Of a DNA stretch of 64,000 nucleotides, positions 39,351 to 52,040 are shown piece by piece. Every line of letters starts with the position of its first letter. The first letter of the stretch is position 1. Position numbers and translations under genes: made by a program. The stretch is from Felis catus (lineage: Eukaryota), in contig NC_058374.1 of NCBI RefSeq assembly GCF_018350175.1, positions 28,272,001 to 28,336,000 of the forward strand, in the 5' to 3' direction. The notes below the pieces were generated by a model. It saw nothing but the letters and a program-made list of their open reading frames with translations, was not told where the DNA came from and searched no databases.

Positions 39351-39719
39351 GGCATTACCCTAGTTCTCTTGTTGGTAACATGCCTATCATGGAAGAGTTA
39401 CCATTTTTGTGAGACAACCACATACCAGAGACACGGACCTGCGACACGAACACTGCCTCTCCCCCACCCCCCACTTTTCTCCCCTGCTGGCAAGTCCTCA
39501 ACTGCCTGGATCTGGGCTTTCCTGACCCAGCCCGGGTCAACGATGGCTGGTGCATCAGAGATGGGCTCCCTCTGCCAGTCAGTAAGGGCGGTCTTCAGGG
39601 CAGGTAAGGGAGACAGGAGGCAGTTGCTGTTGAAGCTTACCTGCAAATGGCTTCTAAAAACCCCACAGGACTACCCCTGGCCGAGGAGCACCTCCAGAGT
39701 GCACTAGCCGCCTACAGTA

Positions 39720-40583
39720 TGATAAGAAATAAATATGGTTCCTGACACAGAGCTCCTAAAACCCTTGGAATTTCCTGAATGATAAGGGTGATAGGATTGT
39801 CTTTTGTTCTACTATTCGGTCTTTGTCCCTGGTTCATGACAACAGAGATCTTAGAGCCCCTGGAATTTCCTGGATAATAGGAGCATCTTTTGTTCTAATG
39901 AGACAATTCTGGATGTTACGCTAGATAGCTTCAGGATGGGGCAGGTTGCCAGGTTAGGCCTTGAGTCGAAGCCTGGAACTGTCGGCCCTTCTCCCCCAAC
40001 CTCTGGGGTGGGAGAGAGGATTGGAGACTGAGTTAATAATCAATCATGTCTTTGTAATGAAGCCTCCATACAGTTCCCAGTAGCATGGAGTTCAGGGAGC
40101 TTCTAGATTGGGGAACACGTGTGTGGCGGGAGGGTGGCACACCCAGACTCCACAGGGACCGAGGCCCCTGTGCTCAGGGCCCTTCTGGACCTTGCCTCAT
40201 ATATCTATTCATCTGGCTATTCATTTGTAGCCTTTATAATATCCTCTATAATAAAGTGAAAAGTGTAAACAAAGTGTGCTCCTGAGTTATGTGGTGAGTT
40301 TAGCAAATTATCGCAGGGATCCTTGATTTATAGCTGGTCTGTCAGAAGCATGGGAAGCCTAGGCTTTGTGGTTGGTGTCTAAAGTGGGGGCAGTCTTGAG
40401 GCAATAAGTCTTTACCTTATAGGATCTGCCCTAACTGGGTAGTAGTCAGTGTTAGACTGACCCAACTGAATTGTTGAACAGCCAGTTGGGTTGGGAGAAT
40501 CAGGGAACTGATCGTTGGCATTGGCAAAAACACCACCATCGACACCAGGAGCCTGTGAGAAGTTAGGAAGACATCACAGCACA
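39720..40583 (+). mobile_element. MER21-like (ERVL) solo LTR
   Basis: TG...CA termini, flanks cagta/cagtc, internal repeat CCC.TGGAATTTCCTG...TCTTTTGTTCTA, GGGAGGGTGGCACACCC...TTCATCTGGCT.TTCATTTGTA...AATAAA. Confidence 0.75.
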
Positions 40584-41079
40584 CAGTCTCATTAAGGAAG
40601 GGCCTCAAGCAGGGGCGTCTGAGAATCTTCCTGAAGACGTACATAGGCCTCTGTCTTGTAGTAGCAGAGTCCAGCCCCATCTTTCCTTCGAGCCAGGGTC
40701 ACTAGGGCACTTTGGGGAATCCTAACAAGTCAGAATGCTTCTAAACACTTTTTTTTCTAAAGCGTGAATTCCTAATTCATTAATATCACTGGCTTATTAA
40801 AAGAGCCTAGATGTTGCATGTGTTCTGCTTTATTTCAGGTTTTCAAAGGACAAAATATACTTTTAATCCTACTTTGACTCCAATCTTTAAAGAGAAGTGT
40901 AAGTTCTTTTTTGTTTTCTCAAGAGATGACACAGAGACCCTCGAGCACCTCTCACTACTTGTCACACCGGATGGCCGCCCCGGCATCTGACGGAACCATC
41001 AAGAAAAGGAAAACAAGACAGAAACAAATGTTCCCAAAGATCTGTAAGCAGAATGCTACGATATCTTCTCTGGTCTCCA

Positions 41080-42015
41080 CCCTGTTACCACCTCTTCCCC
41101 TCCCCAGGCATTTCTCTATTTGACTTTTCCTCAGATTGCCTCAGATGCTTCAAACCCAAATTGTCCAAAAGCAAATTCATGGTTTACTTGAGTAAACCCT
41201 GGCTGCCAGCCCCACCGGACCGCTTCTGAGGTTCCACATCAGGAAATGACATCAACATCCATCTTTGAAGTAACACAAGCAAGAAACTAAGTCATCCCAT
41301 TTCCTTTAATATCACCACCCAGACCAACCCATCACGGCGAACGAACCATTTTGTCCATCTAGCACTGCTCACCACTTCCATGGCTGCTGCCTTAGTCCCG
41401 GTTCTTTTTCTCTCACTGGATGACTCTGGTGGCCACCTCTTTGGATCCAGCCGGATTCTCTTCCAACCTGCCTCCCACACTGCATCCGTAAGGATCTTTC
41501 CAAAAAGCATGGCTGATCTTAGTACTCCCTGTTCTAAAGCCCACCAAGGGGTTCCCATCGCTCTTAAAATGAAAACCAATTCTCTAACAAGCCCACAAGG
41601 CCTCTATTCAAATGCCCCTGTTCTCTGTGCTCCGGCCACACTGGCCTCTCTAATTTCTCCCGTGCCCCGGTGATCCTCTCGAATAGGCCTTTTGCACACG
41701 CTGGTTCTTCCATCTAGAATGATCAAATGCCATGACAACCACCCCTTCGTCTAGCTAGCCCCTGCATGACCCTCAGGTCTCTATTGCAGCATCATTTTAC
41801 CAAAAACCTTCTTTGACTGTTTAGTCCATGTGGTTCCTTTATAACAAATTCCCCTTTAACCTTATTCTTTCCCTTCCTCAGAGCACGAACCTGGGTTTGC
41901 AATTGCATGTTATTAGTGTGATCGCTTCATTGATTTCTCTCTATCCCAGAACCTTAACGCAGTAGTAGGTCCTTAACAAGTATGACTGAATGAATGAATG
42001 AATGAATGAATGAGT
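41080..42015 (+). mobile_element. L2 LINE 3' region ending in (TGAA)n
   Basis: TGTCCAAAA.CAAA.TCAT, GGCCTTTtGCACAcGCTG.TTC..CCATCTaGAATG and (TGAA)6 tail at ~41987-42013. Confidence 0.75.
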
Positions 42016-43470
42016 TAAGATATTTGAGTCTTGACACATCCTTTAATAATCCAAGATTCACGACATCACAAAATAGGTCAAGGCCACAAGTTCCCGTAGA
42101 CACAGAGATAGGTTCTCATCTGAGGTATGGGGTATTATAAAGCTGGGAATAACAAACAGGAAAGCCATCATGCAAATGTGTGGTTATTCGAAGTCACTCT
42201 CCTAGAGAAAAGGTCACAGACTAAGAGAAAAGTCAGGTCCAAAGTCTTTAAGAATCAATCTAATTCTATTTGGAGAGGAAACCTCTGATTTCAGAAAGGC
42301 GGCTGCAGTAGCTTTGGAAGAACGGCAGGGGCACTGTTGATTATCACAGGATCAGAAAGCATCCTACTCATATTCATCTGGAGGGCCGGGAAAACTCTAA
42401 CAATGCTTGAGTGTTGGGTCAGTCCCGTGCCAAAAATATTTTTCTTGCTCTCACGCCAATACCACCTCTGTTGAGAAGCACTGAAGGGAATTTGCATGGG
42501 GGAGGGCATAATGCAATTGCATAGCCCCCTGAACAAACCCCACAGCTCTCAGGAACTGAGCACTCAATACCAAGAAAAGAGGAAATCGTTGTTTATGAAG
42601 ATACAGAGAACAAAGCAGTGGTACCCAGAGCTGACTCATCCTGGGTTTACCAGCCCTGGTGCCAAAACAGAGCAGCATCCTCCCAGTCTGGACTCTGGCT
42701 GGCACACAGGCTTGCATGCACGTGCACGTTCACACTGGGACAGACGCTAGCCAGCAGGCACATACACACATGTGGATAGCTATGGGTGATCCTCACCCTG
42801 CCACGGCTTCTGTCTGGGTCTCATGGAATCACCAACTAGATGGATGAAGATCACCAGCCCCAGCTCCCCAGCTTACTAGTTCTGCTCAAGATCACCTGAT
42901 CATAAAAAGAACTGCTAAGAAGCTCCCCAAGCAGAAGTCTGTCGGGAGGGAGCACTGGCAGATGCCATTTTCATGGGCTCCCTCTATCTTACTGGTGCTG
43001 GTGCTGGTGCTGGTGCTGCCCTGGCGGGTGCCATTTTTATACCCTCATTCTACCTACCTAACAGTCCTGGGCAAACAGCCCACCCCCAGCCTGCACTGCT
43101 CCCATGACCCCACCGGAGGCAACAGGCACCCAGACCCACACAGGGGATACCCCTTGAGCACGAGGCTCAAGTCGCGGGGTGGGGTTGCCTTTCTGAACCC
43201 CAAGAGTCTGAAATACTTGGAGACACAACTGAAGAGACACCTAAGAACCAGGGCAAGGTTAAAGAATGAAGTTCATCTCCTATACAGAGGGAGAGAGAAC
43301 TGTTTCACATAACACACAGAAACAAACACAGTCAGGCAAATGAGGAAACAAAGGGATTGTTCCAGATGAAGGAACAAGATAAAATCTCAGAAAAAAAAGA
43401 AACAAACTTAACAAAATGGAATAAGTAATTTACCTGGTAAATATAAACTTGATTAAGAGTTCAAATTAAT

Positions 43471-43675
43471 GGGGACACCTGGGTGGCTCAGTCGGTTAAG
43501 CGTCCAACTTCAGCTCAGGTCAGGATCTCACGCCTCGTGAGTTTAAGCCCTGAGTCGGGCTCTGTGCTGACAGTTCAGAGCCTGGAGCCTGCTTCAGATT
43601 CTGTGTTTCCCTCTCTCTCTACCCCTCCCCACTCATGCTCTGTCTCTCTCCTTCAAAAATAAACGTTAAAAAAAA
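43471..43675 (+). mobile_element. CAN-SINE inserted in L1 ORF1
   Basis: TSD agttcaaattaa. Confidence 0.94.
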
Positions 43676-46517
43676 GTTCAAATTAACGGCCATAAAGATG
43701 CTCACCAAACTCAAGAGAATAAATGATCACAGCGAGAACTTCAATAAAGAGAGAAAATATAAGAAAGTACCAAACAGGAAACTCACAGAGCTGAAGAATA
43801 CAATAACTGTACTAAAAAATACACTAGAAGTAATCAACAGCAGACTAGATGAAACCAAACAGATCAGTGACCTGGAAGATAAGGTAGTGGATATTATCCA
43901 AACAAAATAACAACAAGGAAAAAAAAGAATTTTTAAAATAAGGACAGCTTAAGTCATCTGTGGGAAAACAACAAGCATGTTAACATTCTCCTGAAGGAGA
44001 AGGGAGAAAGGGGCAGAATACTTACTTGAAGAAATAATGGCTGAAAACGTCTCTAACCTGGGGAAGAAAGCAGACAAGCAGGTCCAGGAGGCACAGGATC
44101 CCAAACAAGAGGAACCCCAAAAGTTCCACCCCAAGACACATTATAATTAAAAACGTTAAAGTTAAATATAAAGAGAGAATCTTAAAAGCAGCAAGAGAAA
44201 AACAACTAGTTACATACAAGGAAATCCCATAAGACTATCAGATTTTTCAGCAGAAATAGTGCGGGCTTGAAGAGAGAAACATGATATATTCAAAATGCTA
44301 ACAGCCTTCCAGCCAAGAATACTCCCCCTGTCGAGGTAATCATTCAGAACTGAAAGAGAGATAAACAGTGTCCCAGACAAGAAAAAGCTAAGGGAGTTTA
44401 TCGCCACAAAACTGGCGGTACAAGAATTGTTAAAGGGACTTCTCTAAGCTAAAAGGAAAGGGTCATAACTAGAAATAAATATATGAAAAAGAAAATCTCA
44501 CTGGTGAAGGCAAATACAGTAAAGGCAGTGGATTAACCACTTATAAAGTTAGTACGAAGCTTAAAAGAAAAGGGTAGTAAAAAGTATGACTACAATAATT
44601 AGCTGAGAGATACACAAAATAAAAATATGTCAAGTATGTCAAAAACATAAAACATGGGGCAGGGGAGTAACAGATGTAGTGCTTTTAGAATGCAGTCAAA
44701 CTGAAGTGACTATCAATTTAAAATAGGCTGCTATATAAATAGGTAGTTATACATGAGCTTCATCGTAACCAGAAACCAAAAACCTATAATAGATACACAA
44801 AAAATAATTAGAAAGGAATCTAAACATAACACTAAAAAAAAAAAAAGAAAAAAGAAAAAAAAATCAAGCCACAAGAGAGCAAGAGGAGGAAGAGAAAAAG
44901 TACAAAACAAACAGAAAACAATTAACAAAATGGCAAGAAGTATATGCCTATCAATAGTTGATTTAAATGTAAATAGACTAAGTTCTCCAGTCAAAAGACA
45001 AAGGGTGGCTGAATGGATAGAAACATTTGACCCATCCATATGCTGCCTAGCAGAGACTCACTTCAGAGCTAAAGACACACAGACTGAAGGTGAAGGGATG
45101 GAAAAAGATACTCCATGCAAATGGGAATGAAAGGAAAACTGCGATAGTGATACTTAATATCAGGAAAAAGAGACTTGAAGACAAAGACTGTAACCAAAGA
45201 CAAAGAAAGAATTACATAATGATAAAGGGGTGAATCTGACAGGGAGATATAACATCTGTAAACATTTACACACCCCAAATAGGAACAGCTAAATATATAA
45301 ACAAATATCGACAGACATAAAGGGAGAAATTGACAGCAATGCAGTCATACTAGGGGACTTAAATACCCAACTTACAACAATGGATATTTCATCCATACAA
45401 AAAATCAGCAAGAAAATATCAGCCTTAAATGACACATTAGACCAGATGGACTTAATAGATATTTACATAAGATTCTGTCCAAAAACAGCAGAACATACAT
45501 TCTTCAAGTGCACACAAATATCCTTCAGGATAGATCACATGTTAGGCCACAAGACAAGTCTCAATCAATTCAAGAAGACTGAAATCATATCAAGCATCTT
45601 TTCCAATCACAATAGCAGGAAACTAGAAATCAATTATAAGAAGAGAAATGGAAAAAACACAAGCACATGAAGACTAAATAACCAATGGGTCAATGAAGAA
45701 ATGAAATGCAAATGGGACATCAAAAAATATCTTGAGTCAAATAAAAGTGGAAACACAAAATTCCAAAATTTATGGGACACAGCAAAGACAGTTCCAAGAG
45801 GAAAGTTCGTAACAATATGAACCCACCTTAAGAAACAAATACAAAAACTTTTTCAAATAAACAATCTAACTTTACACTTAAAGGAACTAGGAAAAAAAAA
45901 AAAGAGCCCAAGGTTAGTAGAAGGAAGGAAATTAAAACAAAAATCAGAGTGGAAATAAATGAAATAGAGACAACAAACCAACAAACTTAGAAAAGATTAA
46001 TGAAATTAAGACCTGATTCTCTGAAAAGATAAACACAGTTGACAAACCTTTTGACAGAGTCATCAAGAAAAAAAGGAGAGAGGGCCCAAATGAAATAAAG
46101 AAAGAAAGGGAAGTTACAACGGATACCACAGAAATACAAAGGATCATAAGAGGCTACTGTGAACAAATTATACGCTAAAAATTTGGACAACCTAGAAGAA
46201 ATGGATAAATTCCTAGAAACACATCGTCTTCCAAGACTTAATTATGAAGGAATAGAAAATCCGAACAGACCAATTACTAATAATGATACTGAATCGGTAA
46301 TCAGAAAACTCCCCACAAACAAAAGTCGAAGACCAGACAGCTTCCCTGGTGAATCCTACCAAACATTCAAAGAAGAGTGAATACTATCCTTCTCAAATGA
46401 TTCTAAAGTAATCGAAGAAAAAGGAACACTTCCAAATTCACTTTAATGGGTCAGCAATGCCCTCATATCAGAACCAAAGATGCCATACACACACACACAC
46501 ACAAAATTTAGAGGCCA

Positions 46518-46740
46518 GGGGCGCCTGGGTGGCGCAGTCGGTTAAGCGTCCGACTTCAGCCAGGTCACGATCTCGCGGTCCGTGAGTTCGAGCCCCGCGT
46601 CAGGCTCTGGGCTGATGGCTCAGAGCCTGGAGCCTGCTTCCGATTCTGTGTCTCCCTCTCTCTCTGCCCCTCCCCCGTTCATGCTCTGTCTCTCTCTGTC
46701 CCAAAAATAAATAAACGTTGAAAAAAAAAATTTTTTTTTT
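46518..46740 (+). mobile_element. Young SINEC_Fc inserted in L1 ORF2
   Basis: CpGs intact; perfect TSD AAATTTAGAGGCCA (46504, 46741). Confidence 0.96.
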
Positions 46741-47793
46741 AAATTTAGAGGCCAATATCCTTGATAAACATAGAGGCAAAAATTGTCAACAAGATAGTAG
46801 CAAACCAATTCAATAATACATTAAAAGAATGATCAAATGGGATTTATTCCGGGAACGCAAGGATGTTCCAACTGCTGCAAATCAATCTACATGATATATC
46901 ACATTAACAGAATGAAGGATGAAGATCGCATAATCATCGAAATAGATGCAGAAAAGCATTTGACAAAATCCAATACCCATTTATGATAATAAAAAAAAAA
47001 CCTCCCAACAAAACAGGTATGGAGGAAATGTATATCTTGAGATAAAGATATAGGTGATATAGATACAGCCTATATATGACAAACCCAAAGCTGTCGTACT
47101 CAGCAGTGAAAAGCTGAAAGCTTTTCCCAAGATCAGGAACAATACAAGGATGCCCACCCTTGCCTCTTTTATTCAACAGTCTTGGAAGTCCTAGCCAGAG
47201 CAACTAGGCAAGAAAAATAAAGGCATCCAAATTGGTAAAAGGAGGAGGTAAAATTGTCACTATTTGCAGATGACCATGATACTATACATAAAAGTCTAAA
47301 GACTAAAACAAAAACAAAAACCCCATTAGAACTGATAAATTAATTCACCAAAGTTGCAGGATAAAAAAATAATACACAGAAACCAGTTGCTTTTTTATAC
47401 ACTAATAATGAGCTATCAGAAAAAGAAATTAAGAAAACAATCCCATTCACCACTGTGTCAGAAAGAATAAAATCTCTAGGAATATATTTAACCAATGAGG
47501 TGAGAGACCTATACTCTGAAAACTGTAAGACACTGTTGAAAGAAATCAAAGAAGACACAAACAAACGAAAAGACATTCCATGCTCATGATTGGAAGCATT
47601 AACATTGTGAAAATGTCCATACTACCCAAAACAATGTACAGATTCAAGGTAATCCCTATCAAAATACCAATGGCAATTTTCACACAAACACAACAAATAT
47701 TAAAATTTTCATGGAACCACAAAAAACTTGAAGAGCCAAAGCAACCTTGAGAAAGAAGAACAAAGCTGGAGGTGTCAGGCTCCCTGATTTTAA

Positions 47794-47993
47794 CATTTAT
47801 TTATTTTTGAGACAGAGAGAGACAGAGCATGAACGGGGAAGGGGCAGAGAGAGAGGGAGACACAGAATCGGAAGCAGGCTCCAGGCTCCGAGCCATCAGC
47901 CCAGAGCCCGATGCGGGGCACGAACCCACGGACCGCGAGATCGTGACCTGGCTGAAGTCGGACGCTTAACCGACTGCGCCACCCAGGCGCCCC
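47794..47993 (-). mobile_element. Young SINEC_Fc inserted in L1 ORF2
   Basis: CpGs intact; TSD CCTGATTTTAA; very short tail. Confidence 0.95.
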
Positions 47994-48565
47994 TGCCTGA
48001 TTTTAAACTATACTACAAAGCTATAGTAATCAAAACAGTATGGTACTTGCACAAAAACAGATAAGATACATGGATCAATAGAACAGAATAGAGAGGTCAG
48101 AAGCAAACCCAAACATAAATGATCAATTAATCTACGATAAGGGAGGAAAGACTATACAATGGGGAACAGACCGTGTCTTCAATAAATGGTGCTGGGAAAA
48201 CTGGACAGCTACATGCAAAAGGATGAAACTGGACCACTCTCTTACACCATACACAAAAATAAACTCAACATGGATTAGACTTGAATGTAGGACTTGAAAC
48301 CATAAAACTCCTAGAAGAAAACATAGGCAGTAAGCTCCTTGATATCAGTCTCCGTGATATTAATTTGGATCTGATTCCACAGGCAAGAGCACCAAAAGCC
48401 AAAATAAACAAATGGGACCATCAAACTAAAAAGCTTTTGCATAGCAAGAGAACTAGCAATAAAACAAAAAAGCAACACCCAGAATGGAAGACAATATCTG
48501 CCAACTGTATGTTTGGTAAGGGGCTAATATCCAAAATATATAAAGAGCTCATACAACTCAATGGC

Positions 48566-48596
<31 letters not shown>

Positions 48597-48599
48597 TAT

Positions 48600-48810
48600 T
48601 AACTAACTCTTTCCCTTGGGGTAAATTCCTGGAAGTGAAATGGCCAGGTCAAAAGATATAGGTTTTGAAACTTATTGCCAGATTGTCTTCCCCAAGTTTC
48701 ATAACATAACAGTGTGCACCTTCATGAGAGTATATACGAGTGTTCATTTCCCCAGACACTTACCATCAGCGAGTGGTGGTTTCTTCCCAGCTCTTTAATT
48801 TTAAATGCAA
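48600..48810 (-). mobile_element. Old L1M fragment
   Basis: GGGTAAATTCCTgGAAGTGaAATgGCcaGGTCAAA...TATTGCCAGATTGTCTTCC. Confidence 0.6.
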
Positions 48811-50813
48811 TGGGCCATGTTCAATATAGTGAAATTCATCTTTGGAATTCATCACCGTCCTGGGTAGCCTGCAGATACACAAAAGACAGCTCTTTTGAAA
48901 TGACTCAGGAAACAAATGACATAGTTCAATGTGACCTGAATGCTGAAATAGGTTTTGCAAACTAAATGATAAAACAAAACTGTTTTGCTGACATATTATG
49001 GATTACAATTTCAAGCATGGCCTTGCCCGTGTATTTAAAGTACCTGATTAGTCAGTGACACTGTCCCAAGCCCTTGTCACTCTTTCCACTCATGGTCTGG
49101 TATATGGACTCTATACTCTAGAGAGTCGTGTTTTCGGGTATCATTCCAACGTTTATTCTCCCAGATTTTGTGTCTCTTACTTCACACCTAGGGTCCTGGC
49201 AGCTTTATATGCCTTCCCTGAGCTGGGGAAAAAGAAGGGGGTGCCATCTAAGCCCTCCTGGAGGCAGCAGTGTGGAGATTCCGCCATCCATCAAGGTGTG
49301 GCATCCATCTGGGCGTGCATTTGCCACCTCCATAACACTGACTCAGGCCTAGGGAACAGCCATGGTATTTGATGCAGGAAAATACCAGTGACTCATCTTC
49401 CTCTGGAAGGCCGAGTGAGATTGTGGCACTTTCCTAAGGTGAAGGTGCCTCATTTGAAATTCACCAAAAATCCCCAATGTCTCAAACAGTTCCTTCCGTC
49501 TGAAAAGTTGTAGAAGATTTGTCACATTTGGCTATTCACATTTGGCCACGGCAAGTTCCAGCTCCGAAATTTAATCATCATATTGAGCAACTAATTTCTA
49601 AATTGGGCTTGTGATCAAGACTTTTATAGGAATATTAATTGCCTAAAGTTTGCAGCCAGAAAATATATGACAGCCTAGATTTTATGGCTGGTTCTAGATA
49701 ATGGTGACACATTACTGAGAAATGCATCTGCTTCCTAACTCCATAAATTGAATGCTGTTTATAATAATGCAGCTGGAGCAGTAACACTTTATCATAAGAG
49801 CGGTTGTCCCCATGGAAATCATTATTCAGTGTATACTTGATAAATTGGTCATCATTCACAGGCAGAAGAGAAACTGATGTGGCCCGTTTTATTTACAGGG
49901 GAACAGGCAATATGTCATCTTCTTGTTGGACTGATGTTTTTCCTACCAGAAGGACTAGGTTGCCTCCTGCACGTTGCTCGGAGAATTTTGTGAACGTCAT
50001 TAGTCTTACAGGCTTTAATGCCCAGGGCACGAGAAGAACCATTCTTAATCTCAGAATTATTTTCAGAGGAGAACCTTGGAAAGAGATTTTCAGATACAAA
50101 TTTAATCTCGCACTTTCCAAAATGGAAAAACAAAGAGGAAGTGATGGAATGGTGATGAGGAACTTTGTTCCTCAAAGCCGGCCAGGTCACAATAGGCAAG
50201 TCACAATGACTTCATGTGCCATTAAATACAGGAAGACAAGAGTTAACTCTGATTTGGTAGACGGTGTACAGCTGAGGCTAGGCCTTCCATCCTCATGGTC
50301 ATATGTGTCCCCACAAGGCAGCTGGTAGCTTCTCCCCCGGAGATTAAAAGCCTTCTCAATGGAGAGCAAGGCATCACTGCAGGGGACAGTCGTGCTGTGG
50401 ACGTCACACTGTCGTGCCCAGTCCTGTAAGCTTGTGGTCTTCAACCTTGGTTGAGGGCACTGCCGCCCCCAGGGAGAAGGCCGCCCTGGGCCCCGGTCGC
50501 TGATTCCATTCACTAGCGGCCTGAACAGGTGCACTGGTAAAGTGCACAGGGCCTGCATGTCCCTGTGGTGGTCAGGCCGGGCATGGGCTGTGAGCTGTCC
50601 TACTCACAAGGTCTCAGGCTCCTCTAGGGCCACGGAAACTCTTCCCAGCTCCCCGCACTCTCCAAGTTCCTAGTAATTTAGCTTGCAGGCCCCACAGGAT
50701 CCCTCAGTTTTTCAGCCTCTCCTGACTCACCAGAGGAATCCATATTGAATTAATCTGCAAGGATTTATTGTGTCTCCGCTGCATGCCCGACACCATGCTG
50801 TGGGAGGAGGCAG

Positions 50814-50816
<3 letters not shown>

Positions 50817-50852
<36 letters not shown>
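50817..50852. repeat. (GA)n microsatellite
   Basis: About 18 perfect GA units. Confidence 0.95.
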
Positions 50853-50854
<2 letters not shown>

Positions 50855-51273
50855 CACAATCACACTTGTACAGTCCTACGTTTCAAATGCTTTTACGATC
50901 GTCTCGAGGTGACCCAACGAATGGTTAGAGTGTAACCTCAGAAGTCCCAGCTGCACCGCTGGGTGTGAGCCCTTCCTTGGCGGCCTCCTCCGGGCTGCAG
51001 GCATCCGTTTTCCCTTCTGGAAAGCAGGGCCCATACTTGTGGCTGTACAGTTGGTTTCCCGGAAGATCAGGTGAGATAATCCATAATAAGTGTTCCTTCA
51101 ATGTTGGCTCTTATCCTCACACTGTCCCGACTTTGCAGAAAGAGACACTGCGTGGTAAGGGGTGGAGAGCCAGATAGAAAGAGCTAGAAAACAGATGATG
51201 TTTTCACACACATCGTTTCAGTTGGTTAGTTCACAACCTTCCTCCTTTACAGGTGGGGAGACTGGAGGTCGGG

Positions 51274-51457
51274 CAGGGTGTCTCACTTGTTGGCACTATT
51301 GACATTTGGGGTCAGATAACCCTTTGCTGGAGGGCCTGCCCCGTGCACCGTAGAAAGTTAAGCCTGTGCACAACAGAGGCTGTGGGCGCCATCCCACCGC
51401 TGACAACGAAAAAAGTCTACGGACACTGCAAAATCGCCCTCCAGTTGGGAACCACTG
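51274..51457. mobile_element. MER20-like hAT-Charlie DNA transposon
   Basis: CAG...CTG termini, GGCACTATTGACATTT...GAACCACTG; 8-bp TSD AGGTCGGG/AGGTGGGG. Confidence 0.85.
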
Positions 51458-51589
51458 AGGTGGGGTAATTTGTCAGAGGGTTAAAGAGGAGCACACAGGC
51501 CCAGAGCTCAAGAGCTAAAGTCTATGGGGGACACATCCTCTCTCACCTCAGTACATCTCCTCAAAGGATTTAGTAGAGAGTCACAGAGA

Positions 51590-52040
51590 CAAAAATACCA
51601 GCAAGTTCTTCCCGATACTTAAGTACCGCGGGAATTGAGAAAAGGGGGCATTTGAGGTGAGGTTCCAATTAGACGAAGACAGATGAACGAAGAAGATGGA
51701 ACGTGGCCTGGGCGCCGCAGGCGGGAGAGAAGACCAGACAGAGGGATGACCACGGGAGGTGTGGCCACTGAGGGAACGAAAGGCAAAGGCTGGGGGTGTG
51801 GGGAGTTCCTGGGGCGCCGGGAGGAGAAGGGGCCACTGTGGGGGAGGCCCTGTGCACGGCCCTCCCATGGGGGAGAGGACCCAGGCCTCAGGGAACCGTC
51901 AAGGAGTTTGGACCTAATGCCGAAAGAAGGCTTAGTAGGGCGGTCCTTGGGGGGTGGGGTGTTAGAAGAGTGTGCCCACAGGTTAGCATGAAGACACCTG
52001 TCTGGGACGGGACAACAAAGCCACGCATGACCTGAAAGAG
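51590..52040 (-). mobile_element. L2-like fragment
   Basis: GGCATTTGAG.TGAGG...AAGGAGTTTGGAC.TAAT motifs. Confidence 0.45.

Larger units (their letters stand above)
42700..48593 (+). mobile_element. Decayed, nearly full-length carnivore L1 (5' UTR, ORF1, long spacer, ORF2; 3' end missing)
   Basis: ORF1 from ATG 43340 to ~44447; ORF2 ATG 44930 (..LNVNRLSSPVKRQRVAEWI...PSICCLAETH, endonuclease); RT motifs QGCP (~47145) and LFADD (47260-47274); many stops and frameshifts; three SINE insertions; ends in A28; 5' boundary uncertain. Confidence 0.92.

Noticed and set aside
42962-43312. ORF with a signal-peptide-like LVLVLVLVL stretch
   Set aside because: The hydrophobic run comes from a (CTGGTG)n microrepeat in the L1 5' region
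43340-48593. L1 as an active or domesticated retroelement
   Set aside because: Many stops and frameshifts, three SINE insertions and a missing 3' end
49804-50328. 174-aa ORF in AT-rich unique DNA
   Set aside because: TTG start and no recognisable family; PhyloCSF or Ribo-seq support would be needed
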